Source: Patescibacteria group bacterium (lineage in GTDB: Bacteria > Patescibacteriota > Minisyncoccia > Phycocordibacterales > Phycocordibacteraceae). Taken from it: a stretch of DNA of 62,068 nucleotides. Every line of letters starts with the position of its first letter. Within the stretch, counting starts at the first letter, position 1. This document shows positions 43,463 through 52,587 of this stretch, one piece after another. The translations under genes and the position numbers were made by a program. Below the pieces are notes generated by a model. That model was not told where the DNA came from. It did not search any database and saw only the letters and a program-made list of their open reading frames with translations. The stretch is from contig JAJDCJ010000015.1 of the NCBI GenBank assembly GCA_029260935.1, forward strand, positions 1 through 62,068. Direction: 5' to 3'.

Positions 43463-43777
43463 ATGAAACTGGTAGTAATAAAAACAGGGGGCAAACAGTA
43501 CCTAGCTGAAAAGGACACTATCCTCACCGTTGAAAAATTTGGAAAAGACCTGAAGAAAGGGGACAAAGTATCTTTTGATAAAGTGCTCCTTACTGACGAT
43601 GGAAAAACCACGAAAGTGGGGGAGCCGATGATTGACGGGGCCGAAGTAAAAGCCGAAGTCTTGGAGGTAGGAAGGGGTAAGAAAAAGCTTATTTTTAGAT
43701 ATAAAGCAAAGAGTAATTACCGAAAGAAAAAGGGCCATCGCCAGCCGTTTGTGAAGGTAAAAATCACTGATTTGTAA
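43463..43777 (+). CDS. rplU: 50S ribosomal protein L21
   Basis: MKLVVIKTGGKQY...; ATG 43463 within track ORF 43454... Confidence 0.9.
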   Translation: MKLVVIKTGGKQYLAEKDTILTVEKFGKDLKKGDKVSFDKVLLTDDGKTTKVGEPMIDGAEVKAEVLEVGRGKKKLIFRYKAKSNYRKKKGHRQPFVKVKITDL

Positions 43778-43814
43778 ACAAAAATAGACTATTGACAAAA
43801 TAGTCTATTTTTGT
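43778..43814 (+). terminator. 16-bp perfect hairpin directly after rplU
   Basis: ACAAAAATAGACTATT-GACAA-AATAGTCTATTTTTGT. Confidence 0.6.
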
Positions 43815-43862
43815 TATTATATCTTAGTATTGTTAATACATTAATTATAAAAATATTATATT

Positions 43863-43970
43863 ATGGAAGGACCATCAATTCTTGAAAATATTGCACTTCA
43901 CTCTATAGGGGGTCTAGTGCTTGCAGGGTTAATTTGGGTTATCTGTGAAAAGGTTTCTAATAACGACTAA
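43863..43970 (+). CDS. Hypothetical 35-aa membrane micro-protein
   Basis: Hand-translated: MEGPSILENIALHSIGGLVLAGLIWVICEKVSNND. Weak support. Confidence 0.25.
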   Translation: MEGPSILENIALHSIGGLVLAGLIWVICEKVSNND

Positions 43971-44572
43971 CCTCTACTGGTAAAGGCACTACGCAAAGTT
44001 TCTTGGTCGGCATATTCAATTTCAGCTCCCAAAGATAACCCACGTCCAAGAGTAGATACTACTAAACCGGGCGCTTCACTTTGAAGCGCCTTTTTTAATT
44101 CCTGCGCCGTAAAGTCCCCTTCAGGGGTTGTGGCAAAGGCAAGGATAATTTCAGTGTAGGCGTTGTGCTCGCGTATGTGTTTAATAAGAGCATCAACACG
44201 GGGTGTGGTGGCACTCTTACGTTGCTTTGCAAGTGGTATAAGTGCGCCCAGTACAAAATAGCGCCCAGTATAGGTTCCAATACTTTCAACTCCCTCTATA
44301 TCAACATCCTTCTCAACCACTGTTAAAATATGGTCGTCGCGATTTTTGTCATTACATATCCGACACAAGCTGTGATCACTAGTATCGTCATATCGGAAAC
44401 ATTGAACGCATTGTTTTATATGCTCATTAATATGCACTATTGCTTCGCTTACATCCGTGCGATATGTAGGATTGCTACGTAATAAAAACTGCACAACTCT
44501 GCGCGCCTGCCGTGGTCCAATACCAGGCATTTCAGAAATAAGATCCACTAGTTTTTGAATGGAGTGTGGCAT
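43967..44572 (-). CDS. recR: Recombination protein RecR
   Basis: LPGIGPRQA-type HhH (MPGIGPRQARR), C4 zinc finger (CVQC...CRIC), Toprim domain. Confidence 0.9.
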   Translation of the reverse strand: MPHSIQKLVDLISEMPGIGPRQARRVVQFLLRSNPTYRTDVSEAIVHINEHIKQCVQCFRYDDTSDHSLCRICNDKNRDDHILTVVEKDVDIEGVESIGTYTGRYFVLGALIPLAKQRKSATTPRVDALIKHIREHNAYTEIILAFATTPEGDFTAQELKKALQSEAPGLVVSTLGRGLSLGAEIEYADQETLRSAFTSRG

Positions 44573-44575
44573 ATC

Positions 44576-45961
44576 TTAGAAATCTTCATTCGTAGCTGTG
44601 GCACCAACTGGCTGTGCTCCATAATTACTTTTATCAAGTGACATAAATGTTGTACGTTTTTCATCAAAGTAGAGGTCAACTTTTCCAACTGCGCCATTTC
44701 GGTGTTTTTCAATGAGAATTTCTGCCATATTATTTTGCTCAGCTTCGTCATTCATTCGGTCTTCCCGATGAATAAACATCACCACATCGGCATCCTGTTC
44801 AAGAGCACCAGAGTCGCGTAAATCGCTGAGGCGTGGTTTACCGCGTCTTTGTTCAATGGCGCGCGAGAGTTGTGAGAGCGCCAACACAGGCACTTCAAGT
44901 TCACGCGCCAGTGTTTTAAGTGAGCGGGATATTTCAGTCACTTGTTGCACCATAGAATCAGATGCGCGCGTTGCAGTTGGTGCCATCAGCTGAAGATAGT
45001 CAACAATAAGGAGTCCGATGCCATGTTCGCGTTTTAAGCGTCGCGCAACGGAACGCATAATAACGGCGTTTGTTGATGGCTGGTCATCAATATAAATAGG
45101 TGCTTTTGAAAGTTTTTCCATACCATCACGCACGCGTTGAAACTCCTCATCTGAGCGAATGCGACCGGTGCGAAGATCCCATGCATTTACTTTTGCCTCA
45201 GCCGATAGCATACGGTCAACGAGCTGTTGCGAGCTCATTTCAAGAGAGAATATACCCACAGGGGTGCCGTAGTTAATTGCAGTTTGTCGCGCAATATCAA
45301 GCGCAAGCGCAGTCTTTCCCATTGAGGGGCGTGCCGCCAAAATAATAAGGTCGGCTGGTTGGAAACCAGCGAGAATGTTATCAAGCGCGGGGAATCCACT
45401 AGGAACACCACGCAACTCATGGTCTGACCCGTGCAGTTTTTCAAATCGGTCCCATGCTTCGCCCAGCATGTCTTTCATCGGAATAAACTTACGCATAGTA
45501 GGGGATGAGGTAACCTCAGTCATACGTTTGTCGGCAGTATCTAAAAGATCCTCAATATTAAGAGCTTCGTTGTATCCCATTTCACTAATTTCACCTGCAG
45601 CATCAATCAGGTTTCGCATCATTGATTTTTTCTGAACAATTTCAGCATAGTATTTTAAGTTTGCTGACGTTGGGACTTGCCCCACAAGTTCAGCGAGATA
45701 TACATTACCACCTATGCGGTCAAGTGCACTCATATCTTTGAGTCGGTTCCCGACACTCAACAGGTCAATAGGATTGCTAGCGCTCATGAGGTCAAGCATG
45801 GCGCGGAAAATTGTTTTATTTTTTTCAACGTAAAAAGATTCAGGAGAGATAATATCAACCGCATCATGAATGGCATCTGCCTTAAGCATGATTGATCCCA
45901 GCAGTGCTCTTTCAGCGTCAATGTTTTGAGGAGGCACTCTTCCTGGTGTTGCGTTTGCCAT
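44576..45961 (-). CDS. dnaB: Replicative DNA helicase DnaB
   Basis: PPQNIDAERALLGSIM, Walker A ARPSMGKTA, DYLQLM, SQLSR. Confidence 0.92.
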   Translation of the reverse strand: MANATPGRVPPQNIDAERALLGSIMLKADAIHDAVDIISPESFYVEKNKTIFRAMLDLMSASNPIDLLSVGNRLKDMSALDRIGGNVYLAELVGQVPTSANLKYYAEIVQKKSMMRNLIDAAGEISEMGYNEALNIEDLLDTADKRMTEVTSSPTMRKFIPMKDMLGEAWDRFEKLHGSDHELRGVPSGFPALDNILAGFQPADLIILAARPSMGKTALALDIARQTAINYGTPVGIFSLEMSSQQLVDRMLSAEAKVNAWDLRTGRIRSDEEFQRVRDGMEKLSKAPIYIDDQPSTNAVIMRSVARRLKREHGIGLLIVDYLQLMAPTATRASDSMVQQVTEISRSLKTLARELEVPVLALSQLSRAIEQRRGKPRLSDLRDSGALEQDADVVMFIHREDRMNDEAEQNNMAEILIEKHRNGAVGKVDLYFDEKRTTFMSLDKSNYGAQPVGATATNEDF

Positions 45962-46054
45962 AGACCTATTTTAACAGAGTCGGACAATTTCAGTATCATT
46001 TAAAATACGCACTTACAAACATTTTTTCCACTAAGTTATACCACTATTGAAATA

Positions 46055-46082
46055 TTGACATTGTGCAATATCTACGTATAAT
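46055..46082 (+). promoter_or_regulatory. Near-consensus promoter TTGACA-16 nt-TATAAT
   Basis: Hexamers at 46055-46060 and 46077-46082. ATG at 46093, 10 nt downstream of the -10 box. Confidence 0.55.
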
Positions 46083-46092
46083 CTTCTCATAT

Positions 46093-46251
46093 ATGACGGA
46101 AAGATCAAAAAAAGGAAGTGAGCACTTTAATTTCAATCAAACGTATGTGACGTACTCTCTCCTAGTCGTGCTATTACTGGTGGCCGCCGGCACCTGGAGT
46201 CTTGTCAACTATCAGGATCATCTTAGTATGGCTAAATTTGATTTAGACTAG
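46093..46251 (+). CDS. Hypothetical 52-aa membrane protein
   Basis: MTERSKKGSEHFNFNQTYVTYSLLVVLLLVAAGTWSLV...; internal ATG of track ORF 46063.., placed right after the consensus promoter. Confidence 0.45.
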   Translation: MTERSKKGSEHFNFNQTYVTYSLLVVLLLVAAGTWSLVNYQDHLSMAKFDLD

Positions 46252-47192
46252 AACCATTTTCTTAATTTAAAGTAGGCGAAAAAGAGAACTGTCAGGATGC
46301 CCATTCCTACTAAAATAATAATAAAATCGTGAGGAGCGCCAACAATAGGGGTGTCTCGGGTATTCATTCCGAACACGGCGGCAATAAGGGTAAGTGGGAA
46401 TGTCACAAAGGCCATAATAGTGAGGTTTTTCATTATTTCGTTCTGTCTCGTTGAAAGGAGGGCTATGTTTGTTTCGCGCAGTTCATTAATAACATCACTC
46501 ATAATAAGCGCTCGGCTGTGAACACGATAGTGTAGTGTGTTTGCTGCCTTAATATAACGCCCAATGTCATCTCCAAGGAGTGAGGTAGCGGCATTTTCAA
46601 GCGCCCCAAGCACATCATGATGTGACCCTAAAAGACGTTTGTGTGTGAATAGTTCTCGGCTGGCAATTGAAATAGCACTGACCATTTCTTTCTCCTTCCC
46701 TTCAAAAATATTGTCTTCTATTGTGCGGATAGTATCTTCAAGCGCATCAAGCTCATTGTCGGCCGCCTGGTACAGACGTTGTGCTAGTTCCAAAAAGATA
46801 ATACCGACGTTTGTGTTTTTTTTGTCGTCCCTCATTAAAGCTGCCGCTTCAAACATTTTAGTCAGATCATACGTTGCGCTTTCTGCGGTGTAGTGGACGG
46901 TAATAATGAAGTCTTTTCCAAGCACGATGTCAATTTCATGGCTCGTTTCAAGTCCATGGGTAAAACGTAGGGCGGGGAAGTGAAGTACGGTGTACACAAA
47001 ACCCGGATATATATCAACGTGTGGTTTTGCCGTTGGTGTGAGTAATTCCTCAACAAAAAGCGAGCCAAGGTCAAACTCATTAGTGACAGCAACAATTTCG
47101 TCAAGTGTTGGATTTTCTAAGTCCACCCATATGGCGCCTTTCTTTTCGTAGCGGGATAACATATGTCTTTTAGTATACCCCACCAGGCGCAA
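46248..47192 (-). CDS. corA: CorA-family magnesium/cobalt transporter
   Basis: GMN motif (AAVFGMNTRD) before the last TM. ATG 47162 is an alternative. Confidence 0.88.
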   Translation of the reverse strand: MRLVGYTKRHMLSRYEKKGAIWVDLENPTLDEIVAVTNEFDLGSLFVEELLTPTAKPHVDIYPGFVYTVLHFPALRFTHGLETSHEIDIVLGKDFIITVHYTAESATYDLTKMFEAAALMRDDKKNTNVGIIFLELAQRLYQAADNELDALEDTIRTIEDNIFEGKEKEMVSAISIASRELFTHKRLLGSHHDVLGALENAATSLLGDDIGRYIKAANTLHYRVHSRALIMSDVINELRETNIALLSTRQNEIMKNLTIMAFVTFPLTLIAAVFGMNTRDTPIVGAPHDFIIILVGMGILTVLFFAYFKLRKWF

Positions 47193-47241
47193 AGGTATTC
47201 CACGGTATGTGGGATAGTAGGAGTAAATTTTTTATGGCACA

Positions 47242-48495
47242 ATGTCTTCTATGACTCAGGACTCAGAAAAAATAGAACAGAAAAAAGGAAGAAACATAAC
47301 AGGGGCACTGGTACTATTGGTCGGTGTTTTCCTCGGGGGTCTTTTTCTTGGTTCGTCTCAGTCAATTTCTGTATTAAGTCCATCCTTTGGTGCCAGCTCA
47401 GTTTCCGAATTGCCACCAGAGGATGTTAATTTCGGAGAACTATTTAAGGCATGGAGGATTCTAGAGACTAATTTTGCGCCAGCAACAACTACAGACGAAG
47501 TGAGTGATCAAGAAAAAGTATGGGGTGCTATCAAGGGACTCGCCAAATCATATGGTGATGACTACACGGTGTTTTTTCCTCCCGTTGAAAAAGAATTTTT
47601 TGAAAGCGAGGTCCGTGGTGATTTCGTTGGTGTCGGCATGGAAATTGGACTACGCGACGAAATACTGACTGTCATTGCTCCACTCAAAGACACGCCAGCG
47701 TATAGAGCAGGTCTTTTAAGTGGTGACAAGATTTTAACCATTGATGACGAGGATACTCGAGGCCTTGGTGTTGAGAGTGCAGTGAGTAAGATTCGTGGCG
47801 AGATAGGGACGCCAGTTGTATTTACGATTCTACGCGAAGGAGGAGCTCCATTTGAGGTAACCGTAATTCGCGACACAATTATTCTTCCTACTATTGAAAC
47901 AGAACTTACCCCCGAGGGAGTATTTGTCATACGACTGTTTGGTTTTAATGCACAAGCGCCACAATTTTTTCGTACCGCAGTACGAGAGTTTGCGGATTCA
48001 GGAAGCGACAAGATGATCATTGATCTGAGAGGAAACCCCGGAGGTTTTTTGGAAGTTGCCGTTGATATTGCGAGCTGGTTCCTGCCGGTAGGAAAAGCAA
48101 TTGTCATTGAAGACCACAATGATGATTCACAAAATACTTCACACCGAAGTCGTGGTTATAACGTTTTCACTGACCAACTCAAGTTAGTGGTTTTAATAAA
48201 CGAAGGATCTGCGTCTGCATCTGAAATCCTGGCAGGTGCATTGCGAGAACATGACAAAGCAACACTGATTGGGGAGACGTCGTTTGGAAAAGGATCAGTA
48301 CAACAAGTATTTCCTGTTTCCAGCGACACGTCACTGAAAATAACTATTGCCCGATGGCTCACCCCAAACGGTAACTCTATTTCAAATGGCGGTATCGTAC
48401 CTGACATAGAAGTGCCTTTTACCTCTGAGGATAGGGAAGCGGGGAATGACCCTCAATTAAAACGTGCCATTGAGTTTCTTGTTAACGGAGCATAG
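47242..48495 (+). CDS. S41 carboxy-terminal processing protease with PDZ domain
   Basis: N-terminal TM, PDZ (GLLSGDKILTID), LRGNPGGFL, SASASEILAGAL, G..SFGKGS. Confidence 0.88.
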   Translation: MSSMTQDSEKIEQKKGRNITGALVLLVGVFLGGLFLGSSQSISVLSPSFGASSVSELPPEDVNFGELFKAWRILETNFAPATTTDEVSDQEKVWGAIKGLAKSYGDDYTVFFPPVEKEFFESEVRGDFVGVGMEIGLRDEILTVIAPLKDTPAYRAGLLSGDKILTIDDEDTRGLGVESAVSKIRGEIGTPVVFTILREGGAPFEVTVIRDTIILPTIETELTPEGVFVIRLFGFNAQAPQFFRTAVREFADSGSDKMIIDLRGNPGGFLEVAVDIASWFLPVGKAIVIEDHNDDSQNTSHRSRGYNVFTDQLKLVVLINEGSASASEILAGALREHDKATLIGETSFGKGSVQQVFPVSSDTSLKITIARWLTPNGNSISNGGIVPDIEVPFTSEDREAGNDPQLKRAIEFLVNGA

Positions 48496-48505
48496 ATTAG
48501 TGTGT

Positions 48506-48940
48506 ATGAAAGTTATACTACTTGTTGACGTAAAAAATGTAGGAAGGAAAGATGAAATTAAAATGGTGGCAGACGGCTATGCACAGAATGTGTTGTTGCC
48601 GAAAAAATTAGTACTTCCTGCAACGCCAGAACATATAAAACAACTTGAAAAAAAATCTACAAAAATAGCTGACAAAAAAGCACTTGACGAGATGTTGTTA
48701 ATAAATACACTCAAAGATATTGCAGGTAAAGAGCTAGTGCTTTCGCCTCGTGTTAATGAAACTGGAACGTTGTTTCAAACACTCCACACAAAAGATATCA
48801 TACACGCAGTTACAGAAACCTTTGGGGTAACTATCCCAGAGTCGGCTATTTCAGTTGCAGATATAAAAAATACCGGGACGTACCCGGCAACTCTTTCGTC
48901 TGGTTCATTTTCAGCTACCTTGACCGTAGTGGTAGGGTAG
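48506..48940 (+). CDS. rplI: 50S ribosomal protein L9
   Basis: MKVILLVDVKNVGRKDEIKMVADGYAQNVLLP; ATG 48506 within track ORF 48464... Confidence 0.88.
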   Translation: MKVILLVDVKNVGRKDEIKMVADGYAQNVLLPKKLVLPATPEHIKQLEKKSTKIADKKALDEMLLINTLKDIAGKELVLSPRVNETGTLFQTLHTKDIIHAVTETFGVTIPESAISVADIKNTGTYPATLSSGSFSATLTVVVG

Positions 48941-48947
48941 AATTTCT

Positions 48948-49220
48948 CTAAGAAACTTTTACTAATTTCCTTGAGGTACGTGAACCATCAAAGCGTATTT
49001 TTCTAATATTTTTGTACGATACGATACCAGCGATTTTTGCAAAAAGAGTGTGATCTTTACCCATTGCAACTCCATCTCCTGCTATAAATTTAGTACCCCT
49101 TTGGCGCACAATAATATTACCTGGCGTCGCTTTCTGACCCGAGGCAAGTTTAAGACCCAAGTATTTTGGATTTGAGTCAGTTAGGTTTTTGGCGGAACCT
49201 CCCGCTTTTTTATGTGCCAT
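48948..49220 (-). CDS. rpmA: 50S ribosomal protein L27
   Basis: [12 protein letters not shown]...[11 protein letters not shown]. Confidence 0.92.
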   Translation of the reverse strand: MAHKKAGGSAKNLTDSNPKYLGLKLASGQKATPGNIIVRQRGTKFIAGDGVAMGKDHTLFAKIAGIVSYKNIRKIRFDGSRTSRKLVKVS

Positions 49221-49290
49221 ATAGTACTGTTTAGGGGCTAGGTGTGATGCTCTAGAGAAAAGAGGAACACTGATATACTAGCTAGGAGCT

Positions 49291-49674
49291 ATGATACAGA
49301 ATATAGTGGATAAAATCAAGGGTGTATCGTATGACGTATGGAGAGATATAGGTATTATTACCGTTATTGTTTTGGTGGCATTAGCGTCCTTTGGTATAGG
49401 GCGTTTATCCGTCATATATGGCCAAAAAGAGGACTTTGAGATTATATACCCACATCAGGGTGCGTCGGCCTTAGAGGCCGTAAATACAGCGTCTCAGGAG
49501 GGGCAGGGAGTGGTCAGTGGGGGATTTGTGGCCTCAAAAACAGGTTCAAAATATCACCTTCCGTGGTGTTCCGGTGCCCAGAGAATAAAAGAGTCAAACA
49601 AAGTCTTTTTCGGAACGAAAGTAGAGGCGGAAGCCGCTGGATACACTCCAGCCAAAAACTGCAAAGGACTTTAA
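49291..49674 (+). CDS. Membrane-anchored protein with C-terminal Ada-like/'sunset'-type Cys motif domain
   Basis: TM near the N-terminus; SKYHLPWCSGAQRIKESNKVFF.TKVEAEAAGYTPAKNC. Confidence 0.55.
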   Translation: MIQNIVDKIKGVSYDVWRDIGIITVIVLVALASFGIGRLSVIYGQKEDFEIIYPHQGASALEAVNTASQEGQGVVSGGFVASKTGSKYHLPWCSGAQRIKESNKVFFGTKVEAEAAGYTPAKNCKGL

Positions 49675-49758
49675 AAGGTTGTAGGGAAAAATAAAAGTTA
49701 CCTGTGTTGATGTGAAAACTAGCACCTACAAGCCAAAAGCTGTAAGCTGTAGTTACCT

Positions 49759-50367
49759 ATGATTATTTTAGACATTGAAGCGTCGGGTACTAATTACCAA
49801 AAACATTCCATTGTTTCAATTGGGGCACTTGATTTTGATAACCCAACAAACCAGTTTTACGACGAGTGCCGTATTTGGGACGGAGCACATATTGACGAAG
49901 GTGCGCTTGCAGTAAATGGTTTTACAGAAGAAGAGCTTCGCGATCCGTCTAAGAAAACAGAGGCAGAAATAACCAAAGCGTTTATCGCATGGGCGCAAGA
50001 ATTAAGTGACTGGACTATTGTTGGCCAGAACCCATCATTTGATCGCGATTTTTTAAACGCCGCAACCACACGTGCTCATATAGACTTTCCTTTTGCATAC
50101 CGCACTATTGATACACATACACTGGCGTATATGCACATGGTGAATCATGGCGTGGAGCCACCGTTTGACCAACAAAGACACCGAACGGCACTTGATTTAG
50201 ATGCAGTGCTCAACTACACAGGTATCCCTGAAGAGCCCCACCCACATAATGCGTTAACAGGTGCACTGAGTCATGGAGAAGTTGCTTCGCGTCTTTTGTA
50301 TGACCGAGGACTTCTTCCTGATTTTGAACAGTATCCAATACCCTGGACGGTGCGTAAAAAACACTAA
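49759..50367 (+). CDS. DEDD-family 3'-5' exonuclease (DnaQ/RNase T-like)
   Basis: ILDIEASG (Exo I), GQNPSFDRDFL (Exo II), HNALTGAL (Exo III-like). Confidence 0.75.
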   Translation: MIILDIEASGTNYQKHSIVSIGALDFDNPTNQFYDECRIWDGAHIDEGALAVNGFTEEELRDPSKKTEAEITKAFIAWAQELSDWTIVGQNPSFDRDFLNAATTRAHIDFPFAYRTIDTHTLAYMHMVNHGVEPPFDQQRHRTALDLDAVLNYTGIPEEPHPHNALTGALSHGEVASRLLYDRGLLPDFEQYPIPWTVRKKH

Positions 50368-50434
50368 TGGTAACATAAGCTATATACAGCCAAAGATTAG
50401 AGCTGGTAGTACTATCTAACTAAAAGAAAGACCT

Positions 50435-51133
50435 ATGCAAACACCTGATGAACGCAGACTGGAAGATGATTTTCGCCAATGCGACCCTGATAAAGTTAAC
50501 CACACTGACCGAGACGACCCCTCACGTATTACGCGAATATCACGTGAATTAGAAGAGGGCTTTGAGTTACTAAAAAAATATAAACTGTCGGCTACCTTTT
50601 TTGGGTCAGCGCGTTGCGGTGTGGGCGATTCAATATATGAAGATGCAACAGCGCTTGCGCATAAATTGGCACTTTCAAACTTCACTGTTATAACTGGTGG
50701 GGCAGGGGGTGTAATGCAGGCGGCAAATAAAGGCGCTTTTGAGGCAAAAAAAGATTCAGTTGGATTGAATATTACATTACCTAATGAACAGTCAACTAAT
50801 AAGTACCTTACCGACGAGAAAACATTTACCTATTTCTTCACTCGCAAGGTAATGCTTACGTTTGCCTCTGAAGTCTATATTTATTTCCCTGGTGGATTTG
50901 GCACATTTGACGAGTTGTTTGAAATACTTACACTCATTCAAACTAAAAAAATTAGACGTATCCCGGTAGTGCTCTACGGAAAAGAATATTGGGACCCTAT
51001 CGTTGACCTTCTCAAAAATCACCTCGTTGCTAAATACAAAACTATCAGCCCTGAAGACCTTGACCTATTTGTCGTGGTTAATTCAGTTGAAGATGCCTAT
51101 ACAAAAATTATAGATTCTGTTGAGTGCGCATAA
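50435..51133 (+). CDS. LOG-family (TIGR00730-type) nucleotide phosphoribohydrolase
   Basis: VITGGAGGVMQAANKGA and PGGFGTFDELFE. Confidence 0.85.
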   Translation: MQTPDERRLEDDFRQCDPDKVNHTDRDDPSRITRISRELEEGFELLKKYKLSATFFGSARCGVGDSIYEDATALAHKLALSNFTVITGGAGGVMQAANKGAFEAKKDSVGLNITLPNEQSTNKYLTDEKTFTYFFTRKVMLTFASEVYIYFPGGFGTFDELFEILTLIQTKKIRRIPVVLYGKEYWDPIVDLLKNHLVAKYKTISPEDLDLFVVVNSVEDAYTKIIDSVECA

Positions 51134-51184
51134 AATGGGCATTTTTAGGGAAATACATACTATAAAATAGCTTCAGAGAGGTAC

Positions 51185-51213
51185 TTGACAAGACTATTTG
51201 AAACTGCTATAAT
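51185..51213 (+). promoter_or_regulatory. Perfect consensus promoter TTGACA-17 nt-TATAAT
   Basis: 51185-51190 and 51208-51213. Followed at 51223-51246 by a short hairpin plus T-run, about 70 nt before the next ATG. Confidence 0.55.
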
Positions 51214-51315
51214 CTTGAAAAGAGCTCGTATGTACGGGCTTTTTTTATTGGGCAGCTTTGATGTAATTTTAACGTCTTTATAGATGAGAATTAAGGAAAA
51301 GCAGGCCTAAAAAAT

Positions 51316-51720
51316 ATGTTTATATCAATACTATTGTTTCTTGCCAGCGCTACATTTGCAGCGCCAACAGTTCTCTCACAGAGCGAGGTTATTGAAATTC
51401 CACCCACGGTTGAATCGCTTGGAGAGCATGTAAGAGAATACTACTCAGAGACCCCGGTGCTTGCCGACATTGCATGGTGTGAAAGCCGTATGCGTCATGT
51501 TGGTGAAAATGGGGCTGTCCTTCGTGGAATGGTAGATTCCGATGACATAGGTGTGATGCAGATCAATACACGGTACCACCAAGCTACAGCAGATGAACTA
51601 GAATTAGATATTTATTCACTCCATGGCAACCTAGACTACGCCCGTTTCCTTTACGATACGCAGGGCACACGACCTTGGAATGCCTCCCGAAAATGTTGGG
51701 ATAAAATTGCCTCTTTATAA
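51316..51720 (+). CDS. Secreted lytic-transglycosylase/lysozyme-like protein
   Basis: Signal peptide; WCESRMRH (catalytic Glu context) and GVMQIN. Confidence 0.6.
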   Translation: MFISILLFLASATFAAPTVLSQSEVIEIPPTVESLGEHVREYYSETPVLADIAWCESRMRHVGENGAVLRGMVDSDDIGVMQINTRYHQATADELELDIYSLHGNLDYARFLYDTQGTRPWNASRKCWDKIASL

Positions 51721-51766
51721 TATCAAAACCCGCTATTTTAGCGGGTTTTCTATATTTTAAGACACT

Positions 51767-52048
51767 ATGATAGTATACAAATATATGATTGAGGCACCTA
51801 AAAATATAGAAAGTAAGACAGAAGAGTCCATTTCACTACCTTCAATGGTGCTTGCAGTAATTCTCAGTTTGGTTGCCACTGGGTCTTTGTTTCCAATTCA
51901 TGAGTATTTAGTGAGTCCAAACCTTGATGGTGTAGACAAGATAGTCACAATGTTTGGATTAGGTGCGTTGTTAATTCCTACCGCCGCGAGTGCTGGCTCA
52001 GTGGCGGGCTTATATATAGAAAAAAAAGCACTTTCACCACGAAGGTAA
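51767..52048 (+). CDS. Hypothetical membrane protein (2 TM)
   Basis: ORF track; followed by the terminator at 52066-52089. Confidence 0.5.
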   Translation: MIVYKYMIEAPKNIESKTEESISLPSMVLAVILSLVATGSLFPIHEYLVSPNLDGVDKIVTMFGLGALLIPTAASAGSVAGLYIEKKALSPRR

Positions 52049-52065
52049 TATACCGCAACAAAAAA

Positions 52066-52089
52066 CTTCTCGGGAACGAGAGGTTTTTT
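52066..52089 (+). terminator. Intrinsic terminator (7-bp stem, GGAA loop, T6)
   Basis: CTTCTCG-GGAA-CGAGAGG-TTTTTT. Confidence 0.65.
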
Positions 52090-52144
52090 ATTTTGAGAGA
52101 GAATGACAACTGTGGAAAGACGAAAATAGGGGAGTTAGAATAGT

Positions 52145-52276
52145 ATGTATATGAATCCTGGATACGAGGGCTATAAAGTTCCACGCAGGTTCCGACTCAG
52201 CCACCTGCTTGCCTTAACCGCAGTTGTTATATTTATAGTGGGAGTACCCAGCTTCCTTTATTTCTCCCAAGACTAA
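52145..52276 (+). CDS. Hypothetical 43-aa membrane micro-protein
   Basis: Hand-translated: MYMNPGYEGYKVPRRFRLSHLLALTAVVIFIVGVPSFLYFSQD. Confidence 0.3.
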   Translation: MYMNPGYEGYKVPRRFRLSHLLALTAVVIFIVGVPSFLYFSQD

Positions 52277-52391
52277 ATTGAGATCCCTTCAAGCAGGGAA
52301 GTGTTGCCCCATAGGAAATTCTAAGGTGCGCACAATATATCTTTTGCGCAGATACGGCCGATAGACCCCCAGCGAGGTACTATGAATAGAT

Positions 52392-52559
52392 ATGGAGAAT
52401 CATATTGAACGATGTGGTTCCGTGGACACTTCACTGCTTCTGATTGTACTAGTGGTGTTTTTATCTGGCACTTTAGTGTCTGCAGCGTATATGCTTGGAC
52501 GGAAACATGCTTATAACGAAACTACAGCAGAACTACCTCCGTATTGGAAAGAAAAGTAA
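52392..52559 (+). CDS. Hypothetical 55-aa membrane micro-protein
   Basis: Hand-translated: MENHIERCGSVDTSLLLIVLVVFLSGTLVSAAYMLGRKHAYNETTAELPPYWKEK. Confidence 0.3.
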   Translation: MENHIERCGSVDTSLLLIVLVVFLSGTLVSAAYMLGRKHAYNETTAELPPYWKEK

Positions 52560-52587
52560 CAGTACTTCCCTATCTGTTTTATATATT

